A stretch of 64,000 nt of DNA from Rhodothermales bacterium (lineage in GTDB: Bacteria; Bacteroidota; Rhodothermia; Rhodothermales; BA12). Shown here in pieces: positions 39,420-48,253 of the stretch. Below the pieces are notes generated by a model that searched no databases, was not told the DNA's origin, and saw only the letters and a program-made list of their open reading frames with translations. The translations under genes and the position numbers were made by a program. Every line of letters begins with the position of its first letter. The first letter of the stretch is position 1. The stretch is taken from assembly GCA_963841855.1 (NCBI GenBank), contig CAWJEJ010000005.1, forward strand, positions 284,873 through 348,872. The letters are read 5' to 3'.

Positions 39420-40316
39420 GTGAGAAAACTCAATCCACGCTTTGGTCTGATCGCCATCGCACTCATTACCGTCGGCCTCTCCGCGTGCGACTCATCGCTC
39501 CCGGCCGAAGCAGTATCTCATGTTAATCCACACAATGCTGCAATAAATGCGGTAGTTTCGACGATCATCGAGAATCAATCGTCGATTAACGGATCAGTCA
39601 CAGATATAGATCAAGTCATCGGACTCCTTGATACCGAGGCTTTGCAAGCAATCGAAGTCTCGAACTCAGCCTTCAAATACTTCGGGAAAACCGAATTGCT
39701 ACCTTCAAATGATCTCATTGAATACGTTTCATTGTGTGGACCACTTGGATCCGACGAATTCAAAATGTGCCTAGAGCGCATAGAACTAGAAACAATGACC
39801 GTAGATCCCATAAACGATATTGATCTGTATTTCATCAGTATGACAAAAGGCGTCAATACCTTAGTCAAGAACGGGATTGTTGTTGACGATTTTCATGACA
39901 CAACGGCCGAATCCGCAATAAAGATCGAGCCATTAAGCATTGATCATTTTGATGATGATGACGGACCAGTTTCATATACTGATCTGTGGACAGCTGGGGG
40001 ATACATGGGATCTCTTTTCGGAGGAATGGGTCTAGGGGCTACGTTTGGGGCCGGAGCTGGATCAGTGGTTCCCAGCCTGGGTACGGGAGCGGGAGGCTTG
40101 GTTGGAGGGATACTTGGTGGTGTAGGCGGTCACTATGGATATTCAGCAGCCGTCTATCACGAATGGAAGATGAAAGCTGGATCTTGGTGCTCTAAGCAAT
40201 ACTCCAAATTTGAGCAGGATCAAGACGAAATGTATGTGAGCCTATGCGCAGGTCCGCGCGCTATACTCGAGCGCTGGGAGCAGCATGGATTAGTAAGAGA
40301 TGCAAACCCCGCTTAA
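39420..40316 (+). CDS. Hypothetical lipoprotein with C-terminal glycine-zipper (YMG-type) membrane segment
   Basis: GTG start gives VRKLNPRFGLIAIALITVGLSAC (lipobox). Next comes an acidic region of about 190 aa with no motif I recognise. Then GGYMGSLFGGMGLGATFGAGAGSVVPSLGTGAGGLVGGILGGVGGHYG, then a 55-aa tail with 2 Cys. Composition is AT-rich relative to the flanks. Confidence 0.6.
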   Translation: MRKLNPRFGLIAIALITVGLSACDSSLPAEAVSHVNPHNAAINAVVSTIIENQSSINGSVTDIDQVIGLLDTEALQAIEVSNSAFKYFGKTELLPSNDLIEYVSLCGPLGSDEFKMCLERIELETMTVDPINDIDLYFISMTKGVNTLVKNGIVVDDFHDTTAESAIKIEPLSIDHFDDDDGPVSYTDLWTAGGYMGSLFGGMGLGATFGAGAGSVVPSLGTGAGGLVGGILGGVGGHYGYSAAVYHEWKMKAGSWCSKQYSKFEQDQDEMYVSLCAGPRAILERWEQHGLVRDANPA

Positions 40317-40354
40317 TCACACGTAAAACGAAACAGACAGTTCGATTTCAAGGC

Positions 40355-40657
40355 ATGAACAATTCTGAATCCTCACATCAAACTCGACCACCTGTCATTC
40401 TTGACGCAGCGAGTTTCCTTCTACTCTGCTGGTCTTTGCTTCTTAGCTGGGCTTTTAGCGAATATATAATACCGGGCAAACTTCACGTTTTTACTGTGAT
40501 GTTTGTTGGTGGTAGTATATCTGTATCATTACAACTTAGCACAATAGGATATAGACTAGGTTTATCGAAGAGGAAGATCGAGGTGTCAAGTGTTTTCATA
40601 GGGTTTGTCTCTTTGATTTCTCCCATTTTGATCGGAATGTATCTGAATAGCCTTTGA
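40355..40657 (+). CDS. Small hypothetical 3-TM membrane protein
   Basis: 100 aa from ATG 40355 (MNNSESSHQ...) with three hydrophobic segments. AT-rich, same strand as the preceding lipoprotein gene and 38 nt after it. Confidence 0.5.
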   Translation: MNNSESSHQTRPPVILDAASFLLLCWSLLLSWAFSEYIIPGKLHVFTVMFVGGSISVSLQLSTIGYRLGLSKRKIEVSSVFIGFVSLISPILIGMYLNSL

Positions 40658-40759
40658 CATAAACATTTCCTGACCAGGAGATCGTTTTATGCTGATTTTA
40701 TTCGAATATGCCAGATGCGGGAAGTCACTCTCGTCGTACCATTCGCTCTGCGTAAACAC

Positions 40760-40793
40760 GAGCCGAGGCCTACCACGTGATGGGCCTCGGCTC
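40760..40793. terminator. Hairpin at the right edge of the AT-rich islet / downstream of the acylase gene
   Basis: Perfect 11-bp stem GAGCCGAGGCC / GGCCTCGGCTC followed by TTTGCTAGATTT. It is a diverged copy of the groEL terminator. The acylase stop is at 40809 on the opposite strand. Confidence 0.6.
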
Positions 40794-40808
40794 TTTGCTA
40801 GATTTGAG

Positions 40809-43226
40809 TCACTCCGCCGAAGTCAGTCGCGGATCGTCCGGCTCGGTCGTCAGGTGTAGGTCGTAGTACTCGAACGCGGTGAACGCGGGCAGATGCAAGT
40901 CGTAGAGCGACGAGAACGGATTGCCGCTTTGTCCGCCGGGGTAGATGCCCCAAGCTTGGGGAGTGCCCGATCCAAAGTCAACGACGACGCGCCACGAAGC
41001 GCTGTGGGTCGTGCGCAGGCCGCGCGCCGGAGAGAGCGTCGAGGCGAAGCCGGGATACTCGACGGGGCCGCGCCAGAACGGGCGAAGTGCGTCGCTTTCG
41101 GTGATGTGGCGGAAGACGACGGCGTGGTGATCGCCCCAGCGCCAGGCGGTCGTGTCGGCTCCGTAGCGCGCGTCCAGGCTGTCGGCGGCGCGGTTCAGGG
41201 TCAGCGCGAGAATGGCGGGTGCGTCTTCGCGCTCGGGCGTGGATTCGTTGTCGAACCAGGGACTGTCTGGGCTTTCGGCGTAGAGCCAGGGGAAAATGCC
41301 TTCGCTCGGAGTGCGTTTGAGCTCGGGCTCGTCCCACGTCAGATCATCGAGCATCCGAGTGAACACGTAGTAGGCCAGCGGCGCAGATCGGTCGTTGTCG
41401 GCGTCTCCGTTCCACGCAAGAAGCATCTGGCGCAGGTCGAGCGCGCGTGGCGACAGCGTCTGGGCGTCGAGATCGGCCATGAGCGGTGAGAGCAGATCGT
41501 GCTCGACGACGTGCACGTCGCTCTGGTAGCGTTTGAAGTCGTCGGCCGAGTGCGTCGGCTGGGCGCGCAGCAGGCTGTCTATCCTCAGGGGCCGCATCTC
41601 GGATTGCCAGTTTTGGCCCAGATAGTAGGGATAGTTGGCTCCGGCGAGCATCTGATTGGTCGACTGCAAGAAGCCATCGGTGGCGGCATCGCGGAACGGC
41701 AGATCGTCAAACGGAATGCGCCCGATCCACGCCGAGTCGGCCGTCGTTCCGTCCTGCACGCCCCACGCGACGCCAACGGATCGGATCGGCACGTGGCCGG
41801 TCGAGCGGATGCGGACGGTGCCGTCGACGCTCGCATAGGCGATGTTTTGCATCGGCGTGTCCCACAGCCTCGTGGCGTCGTCGAACTCGGCGCTCGTTCT
41901 GGCCGTGTTCATGCCCCACAGCGCGGCCATCGTGCGGTTGCGCTCGTGAGCGGTCCACTTCATCGCCAGCGCCTCGCCGTCGCGCATCGTGACCGGCCCC
42001 AGATGGCTGAGGCGCAGCGTGTCAGCCACTGCGTCGCCACCATTGACGTTGATGTCGGCGACCTCCATTACTAGGTCGCACCACTTCTCGCCGCAGCGGT
42101 ACTGCTGCTCGTCGTCCGAGAGTTCGAGGCGAAACCAGTCGACTTGGTCGGCGGGCGCGTTGGTGAAGGCCCAGGCATGATGGGGCGTGAACGCTTCGAC
42201 GGGCAGCGGCGCCCCGGGCACGGCGACGCCGTAGGTGTTGAGGTTGGGCGAGAGCATCCGCGCCTCGTACCAGATCGCGGGCAGCGTGAGCGAGAGGTGC
42301 ATGTCGCCCGCCAGCAGCGCGCCGCCCGAGGCCGAGTGCGACGGCGCGACGGCCCAGTTGTTCGAGCCTTTGCCCATTCGCAAGCCCTCCCACATCGTCC
42401 CAGCCGTCATCTCGTGGACGCGTTGCAGGTACGCGCTCAGCCTGGGCGCGCGTGCGCCGGCAGGAATCGACGCGGACACCTGGTCCTGTCCCCACGACGG
42501 GTCGACGGGCGGACCCAGGCGGGCGTAGCGCGGAAAGAGCGTGTCGTAGTCGGCGGCAAGATCGTCGGCCATGTCTGCATAGCCGGGCCAGTCGCTGCCC
42601 GACGAGAGGTCGAAAGCCATGTACTGCATCATGCGCAGGGTGTGAATCGGCGTCCACGGCTCGGGCGCGTAGCCGAGCAGTCGCATCTCGGCGGGATAGC
42701 CGGACGGGCTGAGGGCTGAGACGTAGGCGTTGACGCCCTGGGCGAACCACGTCAGCATCTCCAGTTCGAGGCCTCCCTCCTGCTGGATCGCCGCCCAGTT
42801 GCGCTGCGCGCCCCACTCCATGCCCGTACCGCGCAGGTAGCGGTCCGTGCCGATGGCCGACGAGCCGACTGCCTCGCTGAGCCTGCCCGCCGCGACGCGC
42901 GCGACGAAGTCCATCTGAAACAGGCGGTCTTGAGCCGTCGCCCAGCCCAGCGCGCGCACGGCATCGGCGTCCGTCTCGGCAAAGATGTGCGGCACGCCCC
43001 GTGCGTCGCGCACGATGGTGACGGCGGCATCCATCTCGTCCACATCGGGTTGGGCGCGCTCGGCATCCGCCATGCGCGCCGTGTGATACAGGCCGTCTGC
43101 CGGGTCGAGCATGAGGCCCAGTGGCGGGATCAAACCGACGCCCACCAATCCAATCCAGACCAACGCGATCAGCGCAGCCAGCGAGGTGATGAGGAGAATC
43201 AGAGAGCGCGTGCGAGAGGTCATCAC
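40809..43226 (-). CDS. Penicillin acylase family (Ntn-hydrolase) protein, N-terminally membrane-anchored
   Basis: 805 aa. Has an N-terminal TM/signal segment and the autoprocessing/nucleophile context MGKGSNNWAVAPSHSASGGALLAGDMHL. Confidence 0.85.
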   Translation of the reverse strand: MMTSRTRSLILLITSLAALIALVWIGLVGVGLIPPLGLMLDPADGLYHTARMADAERAQPDVDEMDAAVTIVRDARGVPHIFAETDADAVRALGWATAQDRLFQMDFVARVAAGRLSEAVGSSAIGTDRYLRGTGMEWGAQRNWAAIQQEGGLELEMLTWFAQGVNAYVSALSPSGYPAEMRLLGYAPEPWTPIHTLRMMQYMAFDLSSGSDWPGYADMADDLAADYDTLFPRYARLGPPVDPSWGQDQVSASIPAGARAPRLSAYLQRVHEMTAGTMWEGLRMGKGSNNWAVAPSHSASGGALLAGDMHLSLTLPAIWYEARMLSPNLNTYGVAVPGAPLPVEAFTPHHAWAFTNAPADQVDWFRLELSDDEQQYRCGEKWCDLVMEVADINVNGGDAVADTLRLSHLGPVTMRDGEALAMKWTAHERNRTMAALWGMNTARTSAEFDDATRLWDTPMQNIAYASVDGTVRIRSTGHVPIRSVGVAWGVQDGTTADSAWIGRIPFDDLPFRDAATDGFLQSTNQMLAGANYPYYLGQNWQSEMRPLRIDSLLRAQPTHSADDFKRYQSDVHVVEHDLLSPLMADLDAQTLSPRALDLRQMLLAWNGDADNDRSAPLAYYVFTRMLDDLTWDEPELKRTPSEGIFPWLYAESPDSPWFDNESTPEREDAPAILALTLNRAADSLDARYGADTTAWRWGDHHAVVFRHITESDALRPFWRGPVEYPGFASTLSPARGLRTTHSASWRVVVDFGSGTPQAWGIYPGGQSGNPFSSLYDLHLPAFTAFEYYDLHLTTEPDDPRLTSAE

Positions 43227-44086
43227 AGGATAGAGTCGGCGTAGGTAGGCGGATCCGTCGTCGGCACGTCGCCCGACTTGAGGCGAGCGTGGAGTTCGGC
43301 CGACCGCCCGCGTACGTCGGTGTGCAAGCCGCCCTTTCGAATGATGTGCAGGATTTCGTCGGCGGCGTTGGCATAGTTGCGCGGCCCGCGCGCCGTCGGC
43401 GAGCCGTCGAACGCCGTCTTGCCGACGCCGTGCTGACGCGACAGCTCGGTAGAGGTGCGGATCATCGACTTGAGCACGCAGGGTCCATAATGCTCTTTGA
43501 CGAGCGTGCGGTAGGCGTTGTGCGTCCCCTTACGCGCGTCGACCTGGGTGAACAGGAACATCGGATCGGTCAGCTGCGGATTGAGCTTGTGTTGGACAGT
43601 CCGGATCGTCTGGAACGTCTGCTCGGCGCCCAGCACGGGTTGATGCTCGGGCGTGACCGGGATGACGACGAAGCGCGACGCCACCAGCGCGTTGAGGCTA
43701 TAGACCGTAACGGCGGCGGCGGTGTCGAACAGGACGACGTCGTACTCGGGCGCGTTCTTGAGTGCCTCCTTGGCGTAGAGCACGTCGGTCGGCTTGGTCA
43801 GCTGGCGCATCGCGTGCGTCATTTTGCTCGACGACGGCAGCAGGTCGAAGCCGCTCGCCCGGACGATGGGCACCGTGGAGAGGTCGAAGTTGGGATCGAA
43901 GAGCGTGAGCGACGACGCCGTCACGTCAGGCTCGTCGATGTCGAGCAGACGCGTCAGGAAGCCTTGCGGGTCGAGGTCGACGACGAGGGTGCGCAGTCCG
44001 CTCAGGCCGAGAGCGGCGGCGAGGTGAGCGGCAGTCGTCGTCTTCCCCGTCCCTCCCTTGTGGTTACAGATGGATAGAACGATCAT
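43223..44086 (-). CDS. ParA/MinD-like P-loop ATPase
   Basis: Deviant Walker A in the N-terminus MIVLSICNHKGGTGKTTTAAHLAAAL, followed by VVDLDPQG. Its stop overlaps the acylase start (GTGA). Confidence 0.8.
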   Translation of the reverse strand: MIVLSICNHKGGTGKTTTAAHLAAALGLSGLRTLVVDLDPQGFLTRLLDIDEPDVTASSLTLFDPNFDLSTVPIVRASGFDLLPSSSKMTHAMRQLTKPTDVLYAKEALKNAPEYDVVLFDTAAAVTVYSLNALVASRFVVIPVTPEHQPVLGAEQTFQTIRTVQHKLNPQLTDPMFLFTQVDARKGTHNAYRTLVKEHYGPCVLKSMIRTSTELSRQHGVGKTAFDGSPTARGPRNYANAADEILHIIRKGGLHTDVRGRSAELHARLKSGDVPTTDPPTYADSIL

Positions 44087-44161
44087 TCAGCGGTGGGCGT
44101 GCAAAGCTCGCAAACTACGCCCTCGGGGCCGTACCCTGAACACGCTCGCCATTTCCGCCCC

Positions 44162-44755
44162 ATGCCGCTTTCCGTTCCGCTCGTTCTGGCGTCCGCGTCG
44201 CCGCGCAGGCGCGCGCTGCTGCCGCTACTCGGCTACGACTTCACCGTCCACGCGGCCCAGGTCGACGAGACGCCTCCAGTCGGCATCGAGCCCAGCGCTC
44301 TGGTGCTGCACTTGGCAATGGAAAAAGCCGCCGCCGTCGCGCACGAACGTCCCGACGCGCTCGTCGTGGGGTCGGATACCATCGTCGTGCTCGACGGCGA
44401 GATCCTGGGCAAGCCGTCCGGCGCCGCCAATGCGCGTGCCATGCTGCGCCGCCTTTCGGGCCAGCGCCACACCGTGCTGACTGGACTGGCATTGGTCCAC
44501 TCAGGGTCGGGCAGGCGCGAGACGGCCCACGAAGCCGTCGACGTCTATTTCGGCGATCTGACAGACGATGCCATCTCGGCTTACGTCGACAGCGGATCTC
44601 CGATGGACAAGGCCGGAGCCTATGGCATCCAGGACGACCGAGGTGCCCTGTTCGTCCGCCGCATCGAAGGCGACTACTACGCCGTCGTCGGCCTGCCGGT
44701 CTACCGCCTCAACCGCATGATCGAACGCCACTTCTCCGACCTGATCCGCCCGTGA
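44162..44755 (+). CDS. maf: Maf-like nucleoside triphosphate pyrophosphatase
   Basis: LVLASASPRRRALL N-terminus, plus KAGAYGIQD and YYAVVGLP motifs. Start set at ATG 44162. Confidence 0.85.
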   Translation: MPLSVPLVLASASPRRRALLPLLGYDFTVHAAQVDETPPVGIEPSALVLHLAMEKAAAVAHERPDALVVGSDTIVVLDGEILGKPSGAANARAMLRRLSGQRHTVLTGLALVHSGSGRRETAHEAVDVYFGDLTDDAISAYVDSGSPMDKAGAYGIQDDRGALFVRRIEGDYYAVVGLPVYRLNRMIERHFSDLIRP

Positions 44756-45498
44756 GCCACACTCTAGATCCTGCCCTCTCGAACGTCCGCGTGACGCTGC
44801 TCCAGGCGCGCGCCGAGCCCTACATCCAGCAGCAGGAAGTCGACTGCTTCGCCGAGCGATCGGGCATCTCGGGCGATCAGATCACGACCGTCAGCGTGCT
44901 CACCGACGACCTGACCGTCGCATTGCTGGACGACTGCGACGCGCTCATGATCGGCGGGGCGGGCGCGTTCGACGCGTGGCGCGATTACGACTGGATGCCG
45001 GACCTGCTCGCCCTGGCGCAGTCGGCGGTGCAGCGCAAACTGCCGACGTTCGGAAGCTGCTGGGGTCACCAGGTGCTGGCGCGCGCGCTGGGCGGCGAAG
45101 TCCGGCACGACGGCGCCAAAGCCGAGATGGGCACGTGCTACGTCGACCTGACCGATGCCGGAGCCGCCGATCCGCTGCTGGGTACGCTTCCGCGCCGCTT
45201 CCTCGCCAACCAGGGCCACCACGACCGCGTCACCGCTCTGCCGCCCAGCGTCATTGAACTGGCGATTTCGGACACGCAGCCGCACCAGTCGTTTCGCCTG
45301 CCCGACGCTCCGGTCTTCGGCACCCAGTTTCACCCCGAACTGGACGCCGCACGCGAGCGCGAGCGCCTGATTTTCTACCGCGATCACTATCCCGAAGGCG
45401 GAGACGACGCCGCATTTGCCGCTACCCTCGCCGCTCTCCACGACACGACCCACGCCGACGATCTGCTGCGAACGTTTCTGCGGTTGTACGCTGCGTGA
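44752..45498 (+). CDS. Class I glutamine amidotransferase-like protein
   Basis: Nucleophile elbow FGSCWGHQVLARALGG and the downstream FGTQFHPE motif. Confidence 0.75.
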   Translation: MSHTLDPALSNVRVTLLQARAEPYIQQQEVDCFAERSGISGDQITTVSVLTDDLTVALLDDCDALMIGGAGAFDAWRDYDWMPDLLALAQSAVQRKLPTFGSCWGHQVLARALGGEVRHDGAKAEMGTCYVDLTDAGAADPLLGTLPRRFLANQGHHDRVTALPPSVIELAISDTQPHQSFRLPDAPVFGTQFHPELDAARERERLIFYRDHYPEGGDDAAFAATLAALHDTTHADDLLRTFLRLYAA

Positions 45499-45512
45499 CG
45501 GGCAGGGCAGAA

Positions 45513-46193
45513 TCAGAGCCGTAGGCGCAGGCTGAAAACTGGCACCTCGACTCCCAGTCCGTCCGGCAGCAGCACGTGGACAATCGCCGCCGTCGTGAAG
45601 CCGACGGCAGCGCCCGCGAGCACGTCTGAGGGATAGTGGACACCCTGACGCACCCTCGCCCACGCTATCGAGGTGGCCCATGCGTAGGCGGGAATCGTGA
45701 CGTACCACAGGTCGATGCTCAGCGCGAGCGACGTGGCGGCCGTGAAGGCCAGCGTGGCGTGGCCGCTGGGGAAGCTGCCGTTGTCGCGCGTGAGCACCAG
45801 GCTGTCGAGGATCGACCCGCGCCGATCGACCAGGCCTGAGCGAAAGGGACGCGGGCGCGCCTGAGAGCGCTTGAGCACCCACACCAGTCCCGTCGAGGCG
45901 ACCTGAGAAATCGCCACCCGAACGGCCGGACGCAGATCGCCGTTGCTGGCGGCGCCATAGACGCTCAAGCCGAATGGAATCGCCACAAACGTCGCGTAGG
46001 ACAGATCGTCGACTTTGCCCAGCGCGAGACTACCGTACGGATTGCCATACGCCCACATCAAGAGGTCGATGTCGCGCTGGAGCGCGTCGGGGTCGCAGGC
46101 CAGGCGGCCGCATGAAGGCAGATTCAGCGTGTCGGGCGCCTGAGCCGCTAGCGGTGCGGCCAGCACGAGCAGCCCCATCCATGCCGTATACAT
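45513..46193 (-). CDS. PAP2 family phosphatase
   Basis: PAP2 motifs KRSQARPRP, PSGHA and ARVRQGVHYPSDVLAGA. Start set at ATG 46193 (signal-like MYTAWMGLLVLAAPLAAQA). Confidence 0.8.
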   Translation of the reverse strand: MYTAWMGLLVLAAPLAAQAPDTLNLPSCGRLACDPDALQRDIDLLMWAYGNPYGSLALGKVDDLSYATFVAIPFGLSVYGAASNGDLRPAVRVAISQVASTGLVWVLKRSQARPRPFRSGLVDRRGSILDSLVLTRDNGSFPSGHATLAFTAATSLALSIDLWYVTIPAYAWATSIAWARVRQGVHYPSDVLAGAAVGFTTAAIVHVLLPDGLGVEVPVFSLRLRL

Positions 46194-46203
46194 CAACCGC
46201 ACG

Positions 46204-46731
46204 TCACTTGGCGAGTACGGTGACGCGGTCCTGGACGAGTAGCGCTTGGGGGAAGCGCGCGCGTAGGGTGCGGAGAGCGGTGTTGGCGGCCTCGCGCGTG
46301 CCGTAATTGCCAACACGCACCCGGTAGTAGGGAGCGCGGAAAACGGTGTAGACTTCGGGCGTGCCCTGATGGCGGCTGTTCCACCACGCGACGGCCTCGG
46401 TGACCCGCGCGTCGGCGTCGGCCTTGTCAGTCGACTGGTAAACCTGGACCCGGTAGCCCTGAACCGTTTGACGCGTGCCCGGCTCGATCTGAGGTGTCGC
46501 GTAGGTGCCGTCGAGTAGACGCTCGGGTACGTCGTGCCGAGGACCTTGGTCGGTCGTCGCTGCTGCCTGTCCCTCGCGGTACGGACGTTCGTCGAAGGTC
46601 TCGTAGGCCGAGTGGTCGATCTGCTGAGGGAGGGGCAGCGCGTTCTCGTCGCGGCGGTCGTCGGCGGCCTCGCGCGTGGACGAGCACGCCGTGACGGTCA
46701 GCAGGAGGAGAAGCGGGGCGATCAGGCGCAT
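46204..46731 (-). CDS. SPOR domain lipoprotein
   Basis: Start at ATG 46731 gives MRLIAPLLLLLTVTACSS (lipobox). C-terminal SPOR pattern: YRVQVYQSTDKADADARV...YRVRVGNYGTREAANTALRTL. Confidence 0.7.
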   Translation of the reverse strand: MRLIAPLLLLLTVTACSSTREAADDRRDENALPLPQQIDHSAYETFDERPYREGQAAATTDQGPRHDVPERLLDGTYATPQIEPGTRQTVQGYRVQVYQSTDKADADARVTEAVAWWNSRHQGTPEVYTVFRAPYYRVRVGNYGTREAANTALRTLRARFPQALLVQDRVTVLAK

Positions 46732-46777
46732 GGCGATGGGCAGAGCAGGAGAACAGGGGGAAAGGGTGCGACCGGGC

Positions 46778-47647
46778 TCAATAGTCCGAAGTGGACGTGA
46801 GGCCGCTGACGATGGCGACGCTGGCGCTGGCGCCGATGCGCGACGCGCCGCTGGCGACCATCGCCTCGACGTCGCCTGCCGAGCGGACGCCGCCCGACGC
46901 CTTGACGCCCATCCGGTCACCGACGACGCGCCGCATCAGCGCGACGTCGTTCTGAGTTGCACCGCCCTTGTTGAAACCGGTCGACGTTTTAACGAAGTCG
47001 GCTCCGGCGTTCTGAGCGAGCACGCACGCAATCACTTTTTCTTCGTCGGTGAGCAGTACGGTTTCCAGGATCACCTTGACCAATGCCGGGCGCGCCGCAC
47101 GCGGCCCTTTGGCGGCCTCGACGACGGCTCGAATGTCGCGCTCGACGGCGTCGGTGTCGCCGCTCTTGAGCAGGCCGATGGCCAGCACCATGTCGATCTC
47201 AGTCGCCCCATCGCGGATGGCGCCTTCGGTCTCGGCGGCCTTGATCTGGCTCGTCGTCGCCCCCAGTGGGAAGCCAACAACCGTACAGATGGCGACGGGG
47301 CTGCCCGAGAGCAGCCGGGCCGAACGTGCAACGTGGACCGGATTGACGCAGACCGAGGCGAAGCAGTGCGTTCTGGCTTCGGCGCACAGCGTTTCGATCT
47401 GATCGACGGTCGTCTCGGCTTTGAGCGCCGTGTGGTCGATCATGCGTGCCATCGGAGGCGCCAGCGCGCACGCGTCGGCAAACTGCTGATCCGACTCGCG
47501 CCGGACGCCCATCCGCGCGGCACCGGCAGCCACCATCCGCTCGACGGCGTCGTGAAGCGATCGGTCTGCAGCGGGAAGCGAATCCGAGGCACGGCCGTAG
47601 CGGGCTTCGAGGCGTTGTGCGAGGGCGTCGCGTTGCGAGGGCTGCAT
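46778..47647 (-). CDS. deoC: Deoxyribose-phosphate aldolase (with ~65-aa N-terminal extension if the full ORF is used)
   Basis: [11 protein letters not shown]...FASVCVNP...VKTSTGF (Schiff-base Lys context). The start is uncertain; alternatives are Met66 and Met69. Confidence 0.8.
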   Translation of the reverse strand: MQPSQRDALAQRLEARYGRASDSLPAADRSLHDAVERMVAAGAARMGVRRESDQQFADACALAPPMARMIDHTALKAETTVDQIETLCAEARTHCFASVCVNPVHVARSARLLSGSPVAICTVVGFPLGATTSQIKAAETEGAIRDGATEIDMVLAIGLLKSGDTDAVERDIRAVVEAAKGPRAARPALVKVILETVLLTDEEKVIACVLAQNAGADFVKTSTGFNKGGATQNDVALMRRVVGDRMGVKASGGVRSAGDVEAMVASGASRIGASASVAIVSGLTSTSDY

Positions 47648-47680
47648 GGCGCGGAGAGAGGAATGACGGATAAATCAGCC

Positions 47681-48183
47681 CTAAAAGTACGCCGTCGGCC
47701 CGAGCGCGCGTGTGCAGAATGCCGGAGTTGACAGCGTTTGCCGGGTCCGTTTCGGTTCTCGCCACGTAGTCGCATAGATCCACCAGTCGGGAGCAACCTG
47801 GGTCAGCGCTACGGATTCTCGCTTCGGCCACTTGCTCTCATAGTGGGGAGACGGGCCAGCGGAGACGTACAGCGGGCTTGAATAGCTGCCTGGGAAGGCT
47901 TCGAATGCAAAAGCAACGCGTCTCTCCTGCCGCTCTAGATGTACGACGCCGACATCGATCATGCGCTCGCGCACGTCTTTGTAAGCCGCAACCGAAACAC
48001 CGGCCGGGTCCAACGCGGCAGTAAGCGCGATCGCCCTGTCAAGATTGCGACCCAGTGCTCGACTTGGGGAGCGAGGTCGCGCAGAGCAGTCTCTCGCCGT
48101 GCGAAGTAGAGACGATCTCCGGCTGTGCTGAGCGAACTCGTCGTCCATTGCGGGAAACCGCCAAACGAAGACGGATAGTGCAC
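47681..48183 (-). pseudogene. Hypothetical gene, possibly frameshifted
   Basis: Two overlapping minus-strand ORFs (47959-48183 and 47681-48148) could be joined by a 1-nt shift near 48040-48060 (..VEHWVAI / LDRAIALTAAL..). Third-position GC is visibly lower than in neighbouring genes. No family recognised. Confidence 0.3.
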
Positions 48184-48253
48184 CTAGCGTCGGCCGATCG
48201 CGAAGACGCCGCGCCGCCAGTCTCCGCGGGATCAGCCGACGGCTGCGCGCCTA

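Noticed and set aside
40690-40808. Small plus-strand ORF starting at ATG 40690 in the islet tail (MLILFEYARCGKS...)
   Set aside because: It runs through the terminator hairpin and into the antisense of the acylase gene. It has no supporting features.
42022-43374. 450-aa minus-strand ORF overlapping the acylase and ParA genes
   Set aside because: It is an out-of-frame shadow. The acylase frame carries the GSNNWAV nucleophile motif.
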